Shown: piece by piece, positions 1 to 10,656 of the stretch
How positions within the stretch are numbered: the stretch's first letter is position 1
Layout of the letters: each line of letters begins with the position of its first letter
Source: an uncultured Acidobacteriota bacterium
GTDB taxonomy: Bacteria > Acidobacteriota > Blastocatellia > RBC074
Assembly (NCBI GenBank): GCA_963796275.1
Contig: CAWCKY010000006.1
Span: 2,336,001-2,400,000 of the forward strand
Direction of reading: 5' to 3'
DNA length: 64,000 nucleotides
Position numbers and translations under genes: made by a program
The notes under the pieces: model-generated
Databases searched by the model: none
Seen by the model: the letters and a program-made list of their open reading frames with translations, nothing else
Told to the model about the DNA's origin: nothing

Positions 1-2
1 AG

Positions 3-110
3 CCGCCATTTCGGTTCACCGGTGTGATTAAGCGGGTCTCTGTCGATGTGAGCGGGAAACACATCGTAGACCAGGAATCGGAAATGAAAGCCCTCGTCGC
101 CAAACAGTGA
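3..110 (+). CDS. 3' end of an arylsulfatase (partial, runs off the window start)
   Basis: Frame reads PPFRFTGVIKRVSVDVSGKHIVDQESEMKALVAKQ*, resembling the C-terminal PF.FTG.I.RV..DVSG motif of long AtsA/AtsD-type arylsulfatases. Confidence 0.6.
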   Translation, partial: PPFRFTGVIKRVSVDVSGKHIVDQESEMKALVAKQ

Positions 111-145
111 AGGCGGTTCAAATCATATCAATGAAGGGAGAACCC

Positions 146-316
146 ATGCCGAAACAGAAAAAAGCAAAGTCGACCGATTCATCCAGGATCTCGACCGATG
201 GTTCTGTCCTTCCATTCCCGCCCGCGCCATCCGCCAGTCAGGCGGGATTACTGTTTCGGAATCGATGCATAAGTGCCGTGTTGAACCGTCCGGCTCCCCG
301 ACGTCGTGCCCACTAG
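146..316 (+). pseudogene. N-terminal remnant of an arylsulfatase
   Basis: RBS AAGGGAG + ATG at 146; DGSVLPFPPAPSASQAG, then after a frameshift ITVSESMHKCRVEP, resembles arylsulfatase N-termini; truncated where it meets the convergent gene. Confidence 0.5.
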
Positions 317-1281
317 GGCTTTTCGGGGTCTCCCTTCGATTGCTCCGCTGTTTGTCTTGGCCGAGCGGGAGACCGTGTGCCATTGCCGTACTTTTCGACC
401 TGACGTGTTTTCATGTTGTATACATCGCCCTCAGAAAGAACGTAATAAGGCTTCTCCCAGGGTTGATACGCGCGACTGTTGTCGTGGATGGCCACTTTCC
501 ACATCCCGATCACCTCAAAACGATCTCCCTTGACGATAATTGCCGTACCCTCGGACAGACCGATTCCCAATAGATTGGGATGCTTCTTGATGACCGGAAC
601 GAGATCGTCCCATCGGTTACGAGCATTAATGTGCTGATCAATCGCGGTTTTACGGAGGAAGGAAAAGCCGTGTTCGTGTTCCGGCTCCGGCGTCATCATG
701 ATGTGGGAGCCTGCTATCGCTCCACGCACCAGATAGTCGCCTTGAATCGTGGCACCTGCCGAACTGCCACCGATCACGCCGCCACGTTCCAACACTTTGT
801 GGAATTCACGATAGGCGGCAGTGTTCATGTAGGAATCGACGATGTTCCACTGGCGGCCCCCCACAAACCAGACAGCGTTTGCCTCGCGCAAAGGTTGTAT
901 GAAATCTTCCGTGTCCGCAATTTTCGGATCGTGTGTATGAAGCATCCGAACATTCTTGAGTCCTCGCTTTATCCAATTAGCAAGAACGTTTTCTTCGTTA
1001 TAGACTTTGATCTGACCGTCCGGGGTCTTGTTTCCACCAGCGGTCGGGACGATGACAAACTTAGCATCGGAGCCCCCTGCCAGTTTGATGAATGTCTCAA
1101 TGATTCCCGTGCCATCGGTCGGTCCACCGCCGACAATTACCAGTGTCCCTTTAGCCGGCCCATATTCCGGCATTACCTGAATCGCAGCAGTATTGGGTAA
1201 CTGCTGACCCGTGATAATTCCGAACACCACTAATACCGAAAGCATAGAAGCTAATATGATGGGAAAACGCTTTTGCTTCAT
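313..1281 (-). CDS. Secreted cyanophycinase-like serine peptidase (peptidase S51)
   Basis: Signal peptide MKQKRFPIILASMLSVLVVFG; motifs LVIVGGG, WFVGGRQ, GGSSAGA (catalytic Ser), IDQH, GIGLSEGTA; GGAGAG RBS before ATG at 1281. Confidence 0.85.
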   Translation of the reverse strand: MKQKRFPIILASMLSVLVVFGIITGQQLPNTAAIQVMPEYGPAKGTLVIVGGGPTDGTGIIETFIKLAGGSDAKFVIVPTAGGNKTPDGQIKVYNEENVLANWIKRGLKNVRMLHTHDPKIADTEDFIQPLREANAVWFVGGRQWNIVDSYMNTAAYREFHKVLERGGVIGGSSAGATIQGDYLVRGAIAGSHIMMTPEPEHEHGFSFLRKTAIDQHINARNRWDDLVPVIKKHPNLLGIGLSEGTAIIVKGDRFEVIGMWKVAIHDNSRAYQPWEKPYYVLSEGDVYNMKTRQVEKYGNGTRSPARPRQTAEQSKGDPEKP

Positions 1282-1399
1282 GAACTCTCCAAGCCTCGAT
1301 ATGAAACTGATAGAAAAAAGTTGGATCGGTAAGTGAATATATTTTGGGATGTTCTGCAAAATTGTTCCGCTCCTTTCTGGTCTATATTTGTTAGTTGTG

Positions 1400-1490
1400 T
1401 TGAGCGCTGTCATCGGATCGATCTTCGTCGCACGTCGCACCGGAATCCGGCACGCCAGCAACGCGATGGCGCCAAGCAGCGGCGTGGGAA
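1400..1490 (-). pseudogene. Orphan C-terminal fragment of an ADOP/MacB-type ABC permease
   Basis: Reads LLGAIALLACRIPVRRATKIDPMTAL, matching the [16 protein letters not shown] tails of the permeases at 12-20 kb. Confidence 0.6.
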
Positions 1491-1602
1491 ATTGCCGCTG
1501 CGCGATGGATGCCGAGTATATCCGGTCGAGCGCCCTACGCCAAATATTGGCAGCTCATCACCGAGCTGCGTGATCTCACTTCGGATCCCCGCAGCGGCTG
1601 GC

Positions 1603-1691
1603 CGGGGCATGGGGGCACGGGGTCACGGGGTCACGGAGCACGGGGCCAACGGGCCAACGGGGCATCGGGGCATCGGGGCAACGGGGCAACG
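1603..1691. repeat. Short tandem G-rich 7-8-mer repeat array (GGGGCATC/GGGGCAAC/GGGGTCAC)
   Basis: About 11 imperfect units directly visible in intergenic DNA. Confidence 0.85.
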
Positions 1692-2015
1692 TATACACTC
1701 TCCGCGACGCATAGTATCGATATGTCGTTAGATGCTTATGATAAAATCCGGAAGGCTCGCCGAATAACTCAAGAGCAATCTTCCGGATTGCAGTCGGCAT
1801 TGACGAGAAGAGTAGCCGTCATTCTCAACAATTTTCATATTGAGTAGGGAATATGGAGATGATGATATGTGATATGGATCGAGCTTCAAGACGAGGCATT
1901 AGTGCCGGATGCAATATCCGTTTGTGCTCTTCTGCCGCATCTTGAAGCCGATCCATGGCGGAGGAAATGTCAGGGCGTTGGATTTTGACCGCCAATGTCT
2001 TAGTAATCGAAATTG

Positions 2016-2190
2016 TTATTGCGATTGTGGTGATAACCGGCGCCTGCTACCGATCTTGGTGATAAATGCATTGGTGCCGGCAAAGGGATCATTTAATGTG
2101 CTTCGAAATTCCGTCGGGAAAGCTTCCGGCGTGGTGGGAAGTCAGATGAACTGGTATAGCCAACCACATAGGCGCTCCCCCTGCATCTAT
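2016..2190 (-). pseudogene. SBBP beta-propeller repeat fragment
   Basis: Minus strand reads GSAYVVGYTSSSDFP / TTPEAF...TNAFITKI across a frameshift; no intact start. Confidence 0.5.
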
Positions 2191-2333
2191 TTTCTCTACT
2201 CTATTTAATTTAAATACAAAAAACAATTCATTGTGTTTGTAGTTTCACAGCGATCCTGTGCTTCGGGGCAATACCAGCTTAAGTGGTCAGCTAAATATCT
2301 AGCGTTCCACTATACAGGGCTCTGTGCGCGCAG

Positions 2334-2708
2334 CTACTTTTTCAGCCAGGCGCGTAAGAGAATGTAGTTGTTCCTGCCGGGTGGCTGATTAGAGTCAATC
2401 GTGACTAACAGATTGCGCTCGAAGGCGTCGCGCAATAAGTCGAGCATGCCCTGTCGAGCCGGAAGCCGGGCGTCATTACGAAGCTGGAAGCCAAAAAACT
2501 TGCCCGGTTGGCTATCAAGCGCAATCACTACTTCAACATCAATGAAGTCATGGGGTGGGCCGAAGCCGTCCCCGAGGTCATTCACGCGCAGCATCGTTAC
2601 CCTTCCTGGGGTAGTAAAAACCTGGGCTGACGCTGTATCGGTGAATAACACGGTGAACAACATCATCATAAACAACGAGCAAAGCACAAGAGCAGAACGT
2701 TTCATCAA
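2334..2708 (-). CDS. Small secreted hypothetical protein
   Basis: AAGGAG RBS; Sec signal ending ASA-Q; 124 aa. Confidence 0.75.
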   Translation of the reverse strand: MMKRSALVLCSLFMMMLFTVLFTDTASAQVFTTPGRVTMLRVNDLGDGFGPPHDFIDVEVVIALDSQPGKFFGFQLRNDARLPARQGMLDLLRDAFERNLLVTIDSNQPPGRNNYILLRAWLKK

Positions 2709-3310
2709 GTCACTCCTTATTTGAGTTTATTTAATCGGCCCGAAACGGATAATGCATCCGTTTCGCATTCCTGTTTGAATACAGTTAATGTGCCCTCGGT
2801 GATCGCGAGTAGTTGAATCGCGCAGATTATTCAACTACTCGCGGTGCGCATCCCGACTGGCAAATACAGGATTCAGTCTCTCAATTTCGTGAGGTTAAGT
2901 AACGAAAAAGTGACTAAAATACGACAAAAATACCTTAGGTGTCCCCTATTTCTAATGTGTCGTAGTATGAACTGTTGCGAAAGCAGGGAGGATAGAAGGT
3001 CGCTATGGTGGTCATCCGAGACGAGGTAATCCAGAAAATGTTCGGTCAGGCATTCTTCACTAGATCGAGAGGTGGCGATAGAGGTCGTAGTGGATTCACT
3101 TGTACAAATCCCACTCAGATGGATCATCACACACTGAGAGAGACGAATCTAAACCGTGGAGTACCCGGATATGAAGGTCACGGCGGTGCGCCGGCGGATC
3201 GTGTCGTGACCGTCGCCCATATCCGCCCAGGTCCTCTCCGGTACAGTCGTGGCAATAGTCGTGCGATCGATCTGTTTGCGACAACTGGCGCCGAATCGTT
3301 GCCATACTCC

Positions 3311-3907
3311 CTACTCGAAAACTGCTTGCGGCCCGAGCAGGGCGCCGCGCATCCGATTCTTCAAATAAGCGCCGTCGCGCGGAGGTAGGGCCTTCGGGTC
3401 GTCGGTTAGCGCTACTTTGATCACAGCCAGAAACAGATCATTGAGTTGATGAATATCGACGCGCAGCGGCTCGATATAGTCAGCCTCCCGCACCGTGCGC
3501 GCGTGCGGGAACCCACAGGCTAAAGCTATCGCAGCAATGTCTGCGCCGGCGGCCGTATGCGTGCGCTGTCCTCCCGTTTCGCCATAGCATTCGTTGTCAA
3601 TTACTACGACGCGCAGATTGCGCGGGCGCGCGGCAGCAATCGTGGCCAGACTGCCCAATCCCATCAGCATTTCGCCGTCGCCCGTGATAACTAACACCCT
3701 GCGCGAAGGCTGCGCAAACGCTAATCCGAGTCCGACCATCGCTGCTCCACCCATCGCCCCCCACAGCGGGAAATCATTTGGGTGATCCTCGACGGAAGCC
3801 ACATCCCACGCTGTCGCGCCTAATCCCGCTACAACCAATAGGTCGTTGCGGTCGGCGAGTAGTGCAGTCACGACTTCACGACGCTTCAAAGGTTTCGCCG
3901 CCATCAT
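3311..3907 (-). CDS. TPP-dependent sulfopyruvate/phosphonopyruvate decarboxylase, beta subunit (ComE-like)
   Basis: GAMG motif; TPP-binding GDGEMLM...IDNECYGETGGQ; ATGA overlap with the alpha subunit gene. Confidence 0.85.
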   Translation of the reverse strand: MMAAKPLKRREVVTALLADRNDLLVVAGLGATAWDVASVEDHPNDFPLWGAMGGAAMVGLGLAFAQPSRRVLVITGDGEMLMGLGSLATIAAARPRNLRVVVIDNECYGETGGQRTHTAAGADIAAIALACGFPHARTVREADYIEPLRVDIHQLNDLFLAVIKVALTDDPKALPPRDGAYLKNRMRGALLGPQAVFE

Positions 3908-4461
3908 TTCTCCTCCACGAATCGCTTTACGCCGATGAGACGCTGTGAAAGCAGCACCGCCACACCGCAATATCCGCCGAACGCCAGGCTGACAGCTGCT
4001 TCAAGCACGTCACGGACTTCACTCGGAGCATCAACGCGATAAACGATGAGGCCGATGGTGGAGAGCACGTTCGGCGTCGCTTGCCCCATGGGTATCTGCC
4101 AGGGATTAAACTCACCGAATTCGCCACGCATCGTGACAAGTGTGAGAAACGGCAGCTGGCAAGACTTGATCATTGAAAGCATGTTGATACAGTTACCCAC
4201 GCCGCTCGACTGCATCAGCAGCGCAGCGCGTTTACCGCCCAGATACGCGCCGGCCGCAAAGGCGACGCCTTCTTCCTCGGTGGTCAACGACACCGCTCGC
4301 GTCCTCTCATCTGCTTCACACAGCTTGATGAGGTCAAGGTGGCCGGCATCGGGCACATAAGACACCATTGAAATGTCTTGCGCCTGAAATACCTCGTAGA
4401 TGTCATGCGCCCAGTGGCGCGTAAGTTCAGAGAAGTTTTGTTGCATGATAGTAGTCATCAT
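3904..4461 (-). CDS. Sulfopyruvate/phosphonopyruvate decarboxylase, alpha subunit (ComD-like)
   Basis: Motifs YVPD, TTEEEGV, LMQSSGVGNCIN, RGEFGEFNPWQIPMG. Confidence 0.85.
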   Translation of the reverse strand: MMTTIMQQNFSELTRHWAHDIYEVFQAQDISMVSYVPDAGHLDLIKLCEADERTRAVSLTTEEEGVAFAAGAYLGGKRAALLMQSSGVGNCINMLSMIKSCQLPFLTLVTMRGEFGEFNPWQIPMGQATPNVLSTIGLIVYRVDAPSEVRDVLEAAVSLAFGGYCGVAVLLSQRLIGVKRFVEEK

Positions 4462-4677
4462 TTGTATACCGGAAACTATAATTGGAGAATGAATTCTGAA
4501 AAGATTGCCATTAAATCAATCGCTAATTAACATCTGCATTGCACCAAACCATACATTAAGGATCTCCGACAAACCATAGCGGCTCAACTGAAATCCCCGA
4601 TAATATACGTTCGATATGAATTTTGATTGCTGAAGTCGGAGATTTCCATGATCTAGGCGAGGCGACTTAAACTCACA

Positions 4678-6357
4678 ATGAAAAAATTTCGATGCAAAAT
4701 ATTATCCGCCGGATTGCTGACGCTGTTGTTCATCGTGTCTCAACCGCCTGCATTCGGCCGGCCTCCCGCGACTGTCGCGCAATGGACGCGCTTCGAGGCC
4801 GAGTTCACGAGCGCGGTAGAAAGCTATCCCAATCCGCTTCAGGATGTGCGTGTCGAGATCGAATTCACCTCGCCATCCGGGAGGACGATGGCAACTGAGG
4901 CCTTCTGGGACGGTTTCCGACTCTGGCGGGTCCGTTTCTCACCGGAAGAGCGGGGTCGCTGGACATACAGAACGCGCTCGTCGCAGGAGAAAGACGCGGG
5001 GTTGCATAACCGGACGGGGGCGTTCGAGTGTGTGGCATACCGGGGCCGGAACCCGCTCTACGCTCACGGCGCGCTGCGCGTATCGGGCGACCGGCGCTAC
5101 CTGACCTATGCCGACGGCTCACCATTCTTCTGGCTCGGCGACACGGCGTGGAACGGTGTCCTGAAGGCCGACGTGCCGAGCTGGGATGAGTACCTGCGAG
5201 ATCGTGCGGCGAAGGGATTCAACGTCATCCAATACGTGACGACGCAGTGGCGCACGGCGGGGGGAAATGCCGATGGCCGCGCGGCGTTTTACGGGCGCGA
5301 GAAGATAGAGGTCGATCCGGTCTTCTTCCAGTGGATGGATGAGCGTGTCAACGCGATCAACGACCATGGCCTCGTCGCCGCGCCGATCTTGATCTGGGCG
5401 CACGAGCGCACGGCGCAGTTCAACCCGGGCGGATTACTGCCCGACGACCAGATCGTGCTGCTGGCGCGATATATGGTCGCTCGCTACGGCGCTCATCACG
5501 TCGTCTGGATGCTGGCGGGCGACGCAGATTATCGCGGCGAGCGGGCGGACAGGTGGCGCAAGATCGGGAGCGCGGTCTTCGGCGAGCGGCCCTATCGGTT
5601 GGCGACGATGCACCCGGGCGGCAGGATGTGGGTGCAGGGCGAATTCGCTCAGGAGCCGTGGTTCAGCTTCAACGGCTACCAGAGCGGCCACTCGACAACC
5701 GACGAATCGCACCGCTGGCATACCGAAGGGCCGCCTGCCCGTGAGTGGCAGAGATCGCCGGCATTTCCCTCGATCAACCTGGAACCGAACTACGAAGACC
5801 ACATCGGGCGACCGATGGGCAAGGTCTTCACCGCATACGAAGTGCGCCGCGCTGCATACTGGAGCCTGCTGGTCGGGCCGCCTGCCGGAGTGTCTTACGG
5901 CGGACACGGCGTCTGGAGCTGGGAACTGAAAGCCAATCCGCCGATGACGCACCCTTACACGGGAATCGCCAGGCCGTGGCGAGAGGCAATGAGACTGCCG
6001 GGAGCGGCGAGCATGAAATTGTTGAAAGATTTCTTCACCTCGTTCGAGTGGTGGAGGCTTCGTCCCGCGCAGGAGCTCCTGGTCACGCAGCCGGGGAATA
6101 GCGCGCCCGCGAACTTCATCGCCGCGGCGAAGAGCGACGAAGTTGCAGTTGTGTACGCGCCGGCTGGCGGAGAGGTGGAACTGAAGATGGATCAGTTCGC
6201 CCGGCCGGTCACAGCCGAATGGTTCGACCCGGCGACCGGCGCGCGCTCGGGGCTGGGCAGGATAGCGAATCAGGGCACAAAGAAATTCAAGATTGCGGGG
6301 AAAGGTGACCGCGTGCTCGTCCTGAAAATGCGCGGAGAATCGGGGTCGAAGCGGTAG
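4678..6357 (+). CDS. Secreted DUF5060/DUF4038 putative glycoside hydrolase with C-terminal collagen-binding-like domain
   Basis: Signal peptide; NPLQDV, FWDG, PFFWLGDTAW, KGFNVIQ, QSGH, EPNYE, YGGHGVW, WFDP motifs. Confidence 0.8.
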   Translation: MKKFRCKILSAGLLTLLFIVSQPPAFGRPPATVAQWTRFEAEFTSAVESYPNPLQDVRVEIEFTSPSGRTMATEAFWDGFRLWRVRFSPEERGRWTYRTRSSQEKDAGLHNRTGAFECVAYRGRNPLYAHGALRVSGDRRYLTYADGSPFFWLGDTAWNGVLKADVPSWDEYLRDRAAKGFNVIQYVTTQWRTAGGNADGRAAFYGREKIEVDPVFFQWMDERVNAINDHGLVAAPILIWAHERTAQFNPGGLLPDDQIVLLARYMVARYGAHHVVWMLAGDADYRGERADRWRKIGSAVFGERPYRLATMHPGGRMWVQGEFAQEPWFSFNGYQSGHSTTDESHRWHTEGPPAREWQRSPAFPSINLEPNYEDHIGRPMGKVFTAYEVRRAAYWSLLVGPPAGVSYGGHGVWSWELKANPPMTHPYTGIARPWREAMRLPGAASMKLLKDFFTSFEWWRLRPAQELLVTQPGNSAPANFIAAAKSDEVAVVYAPAGGEVELKMDQFARPVTAEWFDPATGARSGLGRIANQGTKKFKIAGKGDRVLVLKMRGESGSKR

Positions 6358-6492
6358 AAAGAAGGCCGAGAAGAGGAATACATTATGGGGACGGGAAGTG
6401 ATAACGCTCTAAAAGAGAAGGGCCACGCCGATTATCTGGAACACCTATTTCGCGCTCCCGAAATCTTTGCTGAAATCTTTGCTTCGCTCACC

Positions 6493-7812
6493 TCATTCAG
6501 CTCCCAGGTAAATGTATCTCAACACAAACATCACAGCCAGAATATAAACCAGCGGGCTGGCCTCTCGCCATCTTCCCGTCAAAACTTTCAGCAGCGGATA
6601 GAAGACGAATCCGAGCGCCAATCCATTGGCTATCGAAAACGTCAACGGCATCGCCAGCATGGTCAGGAATGCGGGAACGGCTTCGGTCATATCATCCCAC
6701 TTGATAGCGGTCACGGCGCTGATCATCAGCGCGCCGACGATGATCAGCGCGGGTGCGGTGGCGATCGGCGGAATTGCGCCGGCGATCGGCGAAAAGAACA
6801 TCGCCAGGACAAATAACGCGGCCACTGTGACGGAGGTCAAGCCGGTACGCCCGCCCTCGCTCACGCCGGTGGCGCTCTCGATATAGGTCACGACCGTCGA
6901 CGTACCGAAGACCGAGCCGGCGATGGTTGCAATCGCGTCGGCGAAGAGGGCGCGGTTGACCCGCGGCATCTTTCCCTCGGATGTCAAATATCCCGCCTGT
7001 CTGCCCAACCCCATCAGCGAACCTATGGTGTCGAAGAGGTCGACGAACAGGAAGATGAAGATCACGTCAAAAACAGCGAGTTTCAACGCCCCGCGCACAT
7101 CGAGCTTTAAAAACGCCGAGCTCGCGTCCGGCATTTGAATCAAGCTGTCCGGCAAATTCGACAAGTTTAATAGAATCGAGGCGGCGGCGACGGCGAAGAC
7201 GCCGATGATGATCGCAGTCTTGTATCCGCGTGCCATCAGCGCCGCCGTGACGAGCAGGCCGCCGAGCGCGAGCAGCGCGGGTTTTGAAGTGATGTGGCCG
7301 AGCGTCACGAATGTCGCGGGCGACGCCGCGATTACGCCGGCATTCTTTAGCCCGATGAAGGCGATGAACAGTCCAATGCCCGCGGCGACCGCGGTCTTCA
7401 TAGTCACCGGGATTGCATCAACGATCATCGCCCGGATGCGCACGAGCGTAAGGACCAAAAACACGACGCCCGAAATGAAGACGGCGCCCAGCGCGACGCG
7501 CCAGTCATAGCCCATCGTTTTTACTACCGTGTAAGTGAAGTAAGCATTCAAGCCCATCCCGGGCGCCAGCGCGAAAGGATAATTCGCGATCAGCCCCATC
7601 ATCAGCGAACCGACTGCCGCTGCGAGACAGGTCGCGAACAGCGCTCCCGAATAGGGCACGCCGGCTTCGCTCAGAATTTGAGGGTTGACGAATATGATGT
7701 ATGCCATGGTCAAAAACGTCGTCACCCCTGCGGCGAGTTCGATTCGAATCGTGGTCTCGTTTTCCGACAGCTTGAACAATCGTTCAAGCGCGTTGCTGAT
7801 CGAATTTTTCAT
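6493..7812 (-). CDS. NCS2/AzgA-family purine permease
   Basis: AGVTTFLTMAYIIFVNP, APGMGLNAYF, FDTIGSL, YIESATGVSEGGRTGL motifs; many TM helices. Confidence 0.92.
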   Translation of the reverse strand: MKNSISNALERLFKLSENETTIRIELAAGVTTFLTMAYIIFVNPQILSEAGVPYSGALFATCLAAAVGSLMMGLIANYPFALAPGMGLNAYFTYTVVKTMGYDWRVALGAVFISGVVFLVLTLVRIRAMIVDAIPVTMKTAVAAGIGLFIAFIGLKNAGVIAASPATFVTLGHITSKPALLALGGLLVTAALMARGYKTAIIIGVFAVAAASILLNLSNLPDSLIQMPDASSAFLKLDVRGALKLAVFDVIFIFLFVDLFDTIGSLMGLGRQAGYLTSEGKMPRVNRALFADAIATIAGSVFGTSTVVTYIESATGVSEGGRTGLTSVTVAALFVLAMFFSPIAGAIPPIATAPALIIVGALMISAVTAIKWDDMTEAVPAFLTMLAMPLTFSIANGLALGFVFYPLLKVLTGRWREASPLVYILAVMFVLRYIYLGAE

Positions 7813-7918
7813 TTCGGTTCTATCTTCCAACACCTCAAAGTATTAAAGAAAAGCTGAACTCGATCATCAATCCTTATTTCGCCAAAGGTTCCTGGGCTTT
7901 ATCGCAGTCGATACTATG

Positions 7919-8542
7919 TCAGGCAATTCTCTTGATGGCGGAAACACTATCGAATTCCTCCTCGGGGAAATGTGCCCTGAGGGAATCAATTGTTGAATAT
8001 CCCCATGACACGGCTCCAAAGGCGATATTTTCCTTACGCGCCGCCTCCAGATCGGTGACTTGATCGCCGATATAGATTACTTCGCGATAGGGAATGCCGG
8101 TCTTTTTGAGTACTCTCTGTATTCTGGCTGCCTTCCCGAAAATTGACATTCCGCACTCAAATTGGCTAATCAGCTTCGTATTTCCAGGCCCCAGAATCTG
8201 ACTAACGTTGTCGTAGGCATTCGATGAAACGATTGCTAGCGTGACTCCCTTATTCGCCAGATGAGCCAGCACGTCATCAGTATCTTTAAATAGCGAGATG
8301 CTCGCCGCATTTTGCCTCATAAGAGAGATAAAACTCCTTGCAACGAGGGGGAGTTTCCAGGCAGGCATCCCTACCTGATCCATTATCTGCCTGGCGTTGT
8401 AGCCCCTATATATAGACGCCAAATCCGGGTCGATTCGCTTAAATCCGTGTTGTTCTGCGAGTTGATTGAATACTCGGAGAAAGAAGGGAAATGAGTCAGC
8501 TAAAGTTCCATCGAAGTCGAAAATTGCCAGTCGATATTTCAT
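7919..8542 (-). CDS. HAD-superfamily hydrolase (phosphoglycolate phosphatase-like)
   Basis: FDFDGTLADS motif I, SSN motif II, YIGDQVTD motif IV. Confidence 0.88.
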   Translation of the reverse strand: MKYRLAIFDFDGTLADSFPFFLRVFNQLAEQHGFKRIDPDLASIYRGYNARQIMDQVGMPAWKLPLVARSFISLMRQNAASISLFKDTDDVLAHLANKGVTLAIVSSNAYDNVSQILGPGNTKLISQFECGMSIFGKAARIQRVLKKTGIPYREVIYIGDQVTDLEAARKENIAFGAVSWGYSTIDSLRAHFPEEEFDSVSAIKRIA

Positions 8543-9074
8543 GTTCAGGATTGCGCAAGCGTAGCATCGGCAGGCGAGCGGTGCGCTAAGGCGCGATTTT
8601 GTGATGGCAATACAACCACTAAAAGGATAAGTCTGCTCAACAGGCGGGAATATCTCATAATATCTAGCGCTAGCCTCCTGAATGAGTATCGTTCGATCCG
8701 CTCGAAGCTATTCGGAAAGAATTTGGTCCATTCGCTGATTTTAGCGCCTCCAATACTTGGCCGCCATTTCACGCTGTACGTCTTTTCATCAAGAACCTAT
8801 GCCTGATCAAGATGTTCGGCGCGATGTCAGTTCTCGAGTGGTACTTGTTGTACACCAATGCAATTTCAGTTGGGCAGCTTACCACGATAGATTGTGGACG
8901 CTACAGGCCGGGGCTCCTCGATGATGGATATAACTTCGAATGTTTTGTCACTGCATTTGGTGAAGACAGTAATCCGGTCGCCGCGATAAAACCCAATTGT
9001 ATAGACAACGGGACGGCGAGAACTGGTGAGCGCTCACGCGGTCTCATCGAAGAATCGATTGAGAAACGAGTTGT

Positions 9075-9138
9075 GAGTTCCGCCTTCAGGCGGTCAGAAA
9101 CTACATGCGGAAGGAAAGACCGCGTAAACGCGGAACTC
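9075..9138. repeat. REP-like inverted doublet
   Basis: GAGTTCCGCCTTCAGGCGGTC ... GACCGCGTAAACGCGGAACTC; each half is a small hairpin and the halves are inverted copies. Confidence 0.7.
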
Positions 9139-9658
9139 CAAACGGAGTTCCAAACAAACAACGCCCGAACTCCTCTTTTCGAACTGAGAGTGGTCTCGCT
9201 ATTCCAGGGCGCCCGACGCGAGAAGGAATTTGACCACTTCTTTATGTCCTCCCTTTCGAGGAGTGGCAATCGTATGTTGGCATTCAATAGAATGTGACTG
9301 AAATTCATGCGGGATTTTTTGTTTTAACTTTTATACTTTGGTTACCTTCGCGTGTGCAGTATTTATTGATTTTGGGGTACAGTGCGCCAATCGAAAGTAT
9401 TCTGTGGGGTGGCGCAACCTATATCACGGGCCGGGTAGCTCTTATGTACCTTGATGGCGTGCGCTCGTTGAACAAGTGGACACAGTTCAACGTATCCTAT
9501 TTCTTAGGCGAAAAGCTATGAGGCGGAATCCTTATGAGATGGCCAGGGTGCGATCCGCGGGGCGCGGAACACCAGGTCATTTCCTATGTTACGGCGGGAA
9601 AATGTTGGCTTTCGTGTCCGCGCGAACTTATCACTGAATAAACAAAGGAGCTGGGAGC

Positions 9659-10390
9659 ATGCAGATTTATCTCTTTTTTGTCTTGGTCACAGGGTTACTA
9701 CTGGCGCAAGATCGCGCGCCCAAACCTGTGGTGGAAAAAGACCAACTCAAACAAGGCAAGGCGCTTCTACAGCGCGCTCAACGAGCGATGGGCGGCGCCG
9801 AAAAGCTGGCGGCAGTCAATGACGCGATGCATAAAACGGAGATCGATTTTGAACCTACTGCTGGCGGATTCAAAATGAAGCAGACCAGTCTCTTCGTTGC
9901 GCCTGACCACATCCGTTATGAACAAGAGGATCCGTCCGGAAAAACCATCTTTTATTCGGACGGCGAAGCAGGCTGGCTATCTACCCAGCAAGGCATGCAG
10001 CCTATGACCGCCGATGTCTTGCACGCGGCAAAGGGGGTCATCTTTCGCCAGACCGCTACACTGTTGATGTCGGATCGTGACACTTCTCGCCTGGTCAAAG
10101 CCATCGGTGATAACGCGGTTGAAATCTCGACCAAAGATGGGTTATGCGTTCGCCTTGAGTTTGATCCGGCTACCGGGCTTTTGGCGCGGCAGCTTTACAC
10201 CGAAACGAGCGCCGACGGCAGTCGCCGCGAACGAGAGGAGGAGTTATCTGACTGGCGCGACGTAGGCGGAGTCAAAATGTATTTCAAAGGGGCGCTGCGG
10301 GAAAACGGTGCAAAGATGCTGGAGTTGAATGTGTCTGAATGGAAGATTAACAGCGGCCTCACTATCGAGCAGCTCAGCGGGAAACCATAA
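9659..10390 (+). CDS. Exported hypothetical protein (LolA-like beta fold, similar to the C-terminal domain of some M16 peptidases)
   Basis: AAGGAG RBS; hydrophobic N-terminus; AMGGAEKLAAV...YSDGEAGW...SDWRDVGGVK pattern. Confidence 0.65.
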   Translation: MQIYLFFVLVTGLLLAQDRAPKPVVEKDQLKQGKALLQRAQRAMGGAEKLAAVNDAMHKTEIDFEPTAGGFKMKQTSLFVAPDHIRYEQEDPSGKTIFYSDGEAGWLSTQQGMQPMTADVLHAAKGVIFRQTATLLMSDRDTSRLVKAIGDNAVEISTKDGLCVRLEFDPATGLLARQLYTETSADGSRREREEELSDWRDVGGVKMYFKGALRENGAKMLELNVSEWKINSGLTIEQLSGKP

Positions 10391-10656
10391 TGATGTCGTT
10401 ATCATTCGTGGATTTTCTTTCCTTCTCGATCGCTGTAGAAATCGCCACCGCGCGATGAGCAATAGCATTATCCTTATCGTGGGAAGATCATTCGGCATAA
10501 AAGTTTGCGCAGCCCCTTGTATGAAACTTGCCAGAATTTCCGTTCAATCATGATCCGTTTGTTCTGCGATCTCTGTTCCGTCTATATTTCCCGTACACAG
10601 ATAAGAAAATCGCTGTTTATTCGATACCGAATTTCCGAAAAACCGGAGGAACAATA

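Noticed and set aside
1282-1461. N-terminal extension of the cyanophycinase ORF
   Set aside because: Chance in-frame read-through from a permease remnant; signal peptide and RBS point to ATG 1281
8545-9521. Short ORFs, including a possible ankyrin-like tail (GHKEVVKFLLASGA, minus strand near 9200-9250)
   Set aside because: Too short and fragmentary to support a gene call
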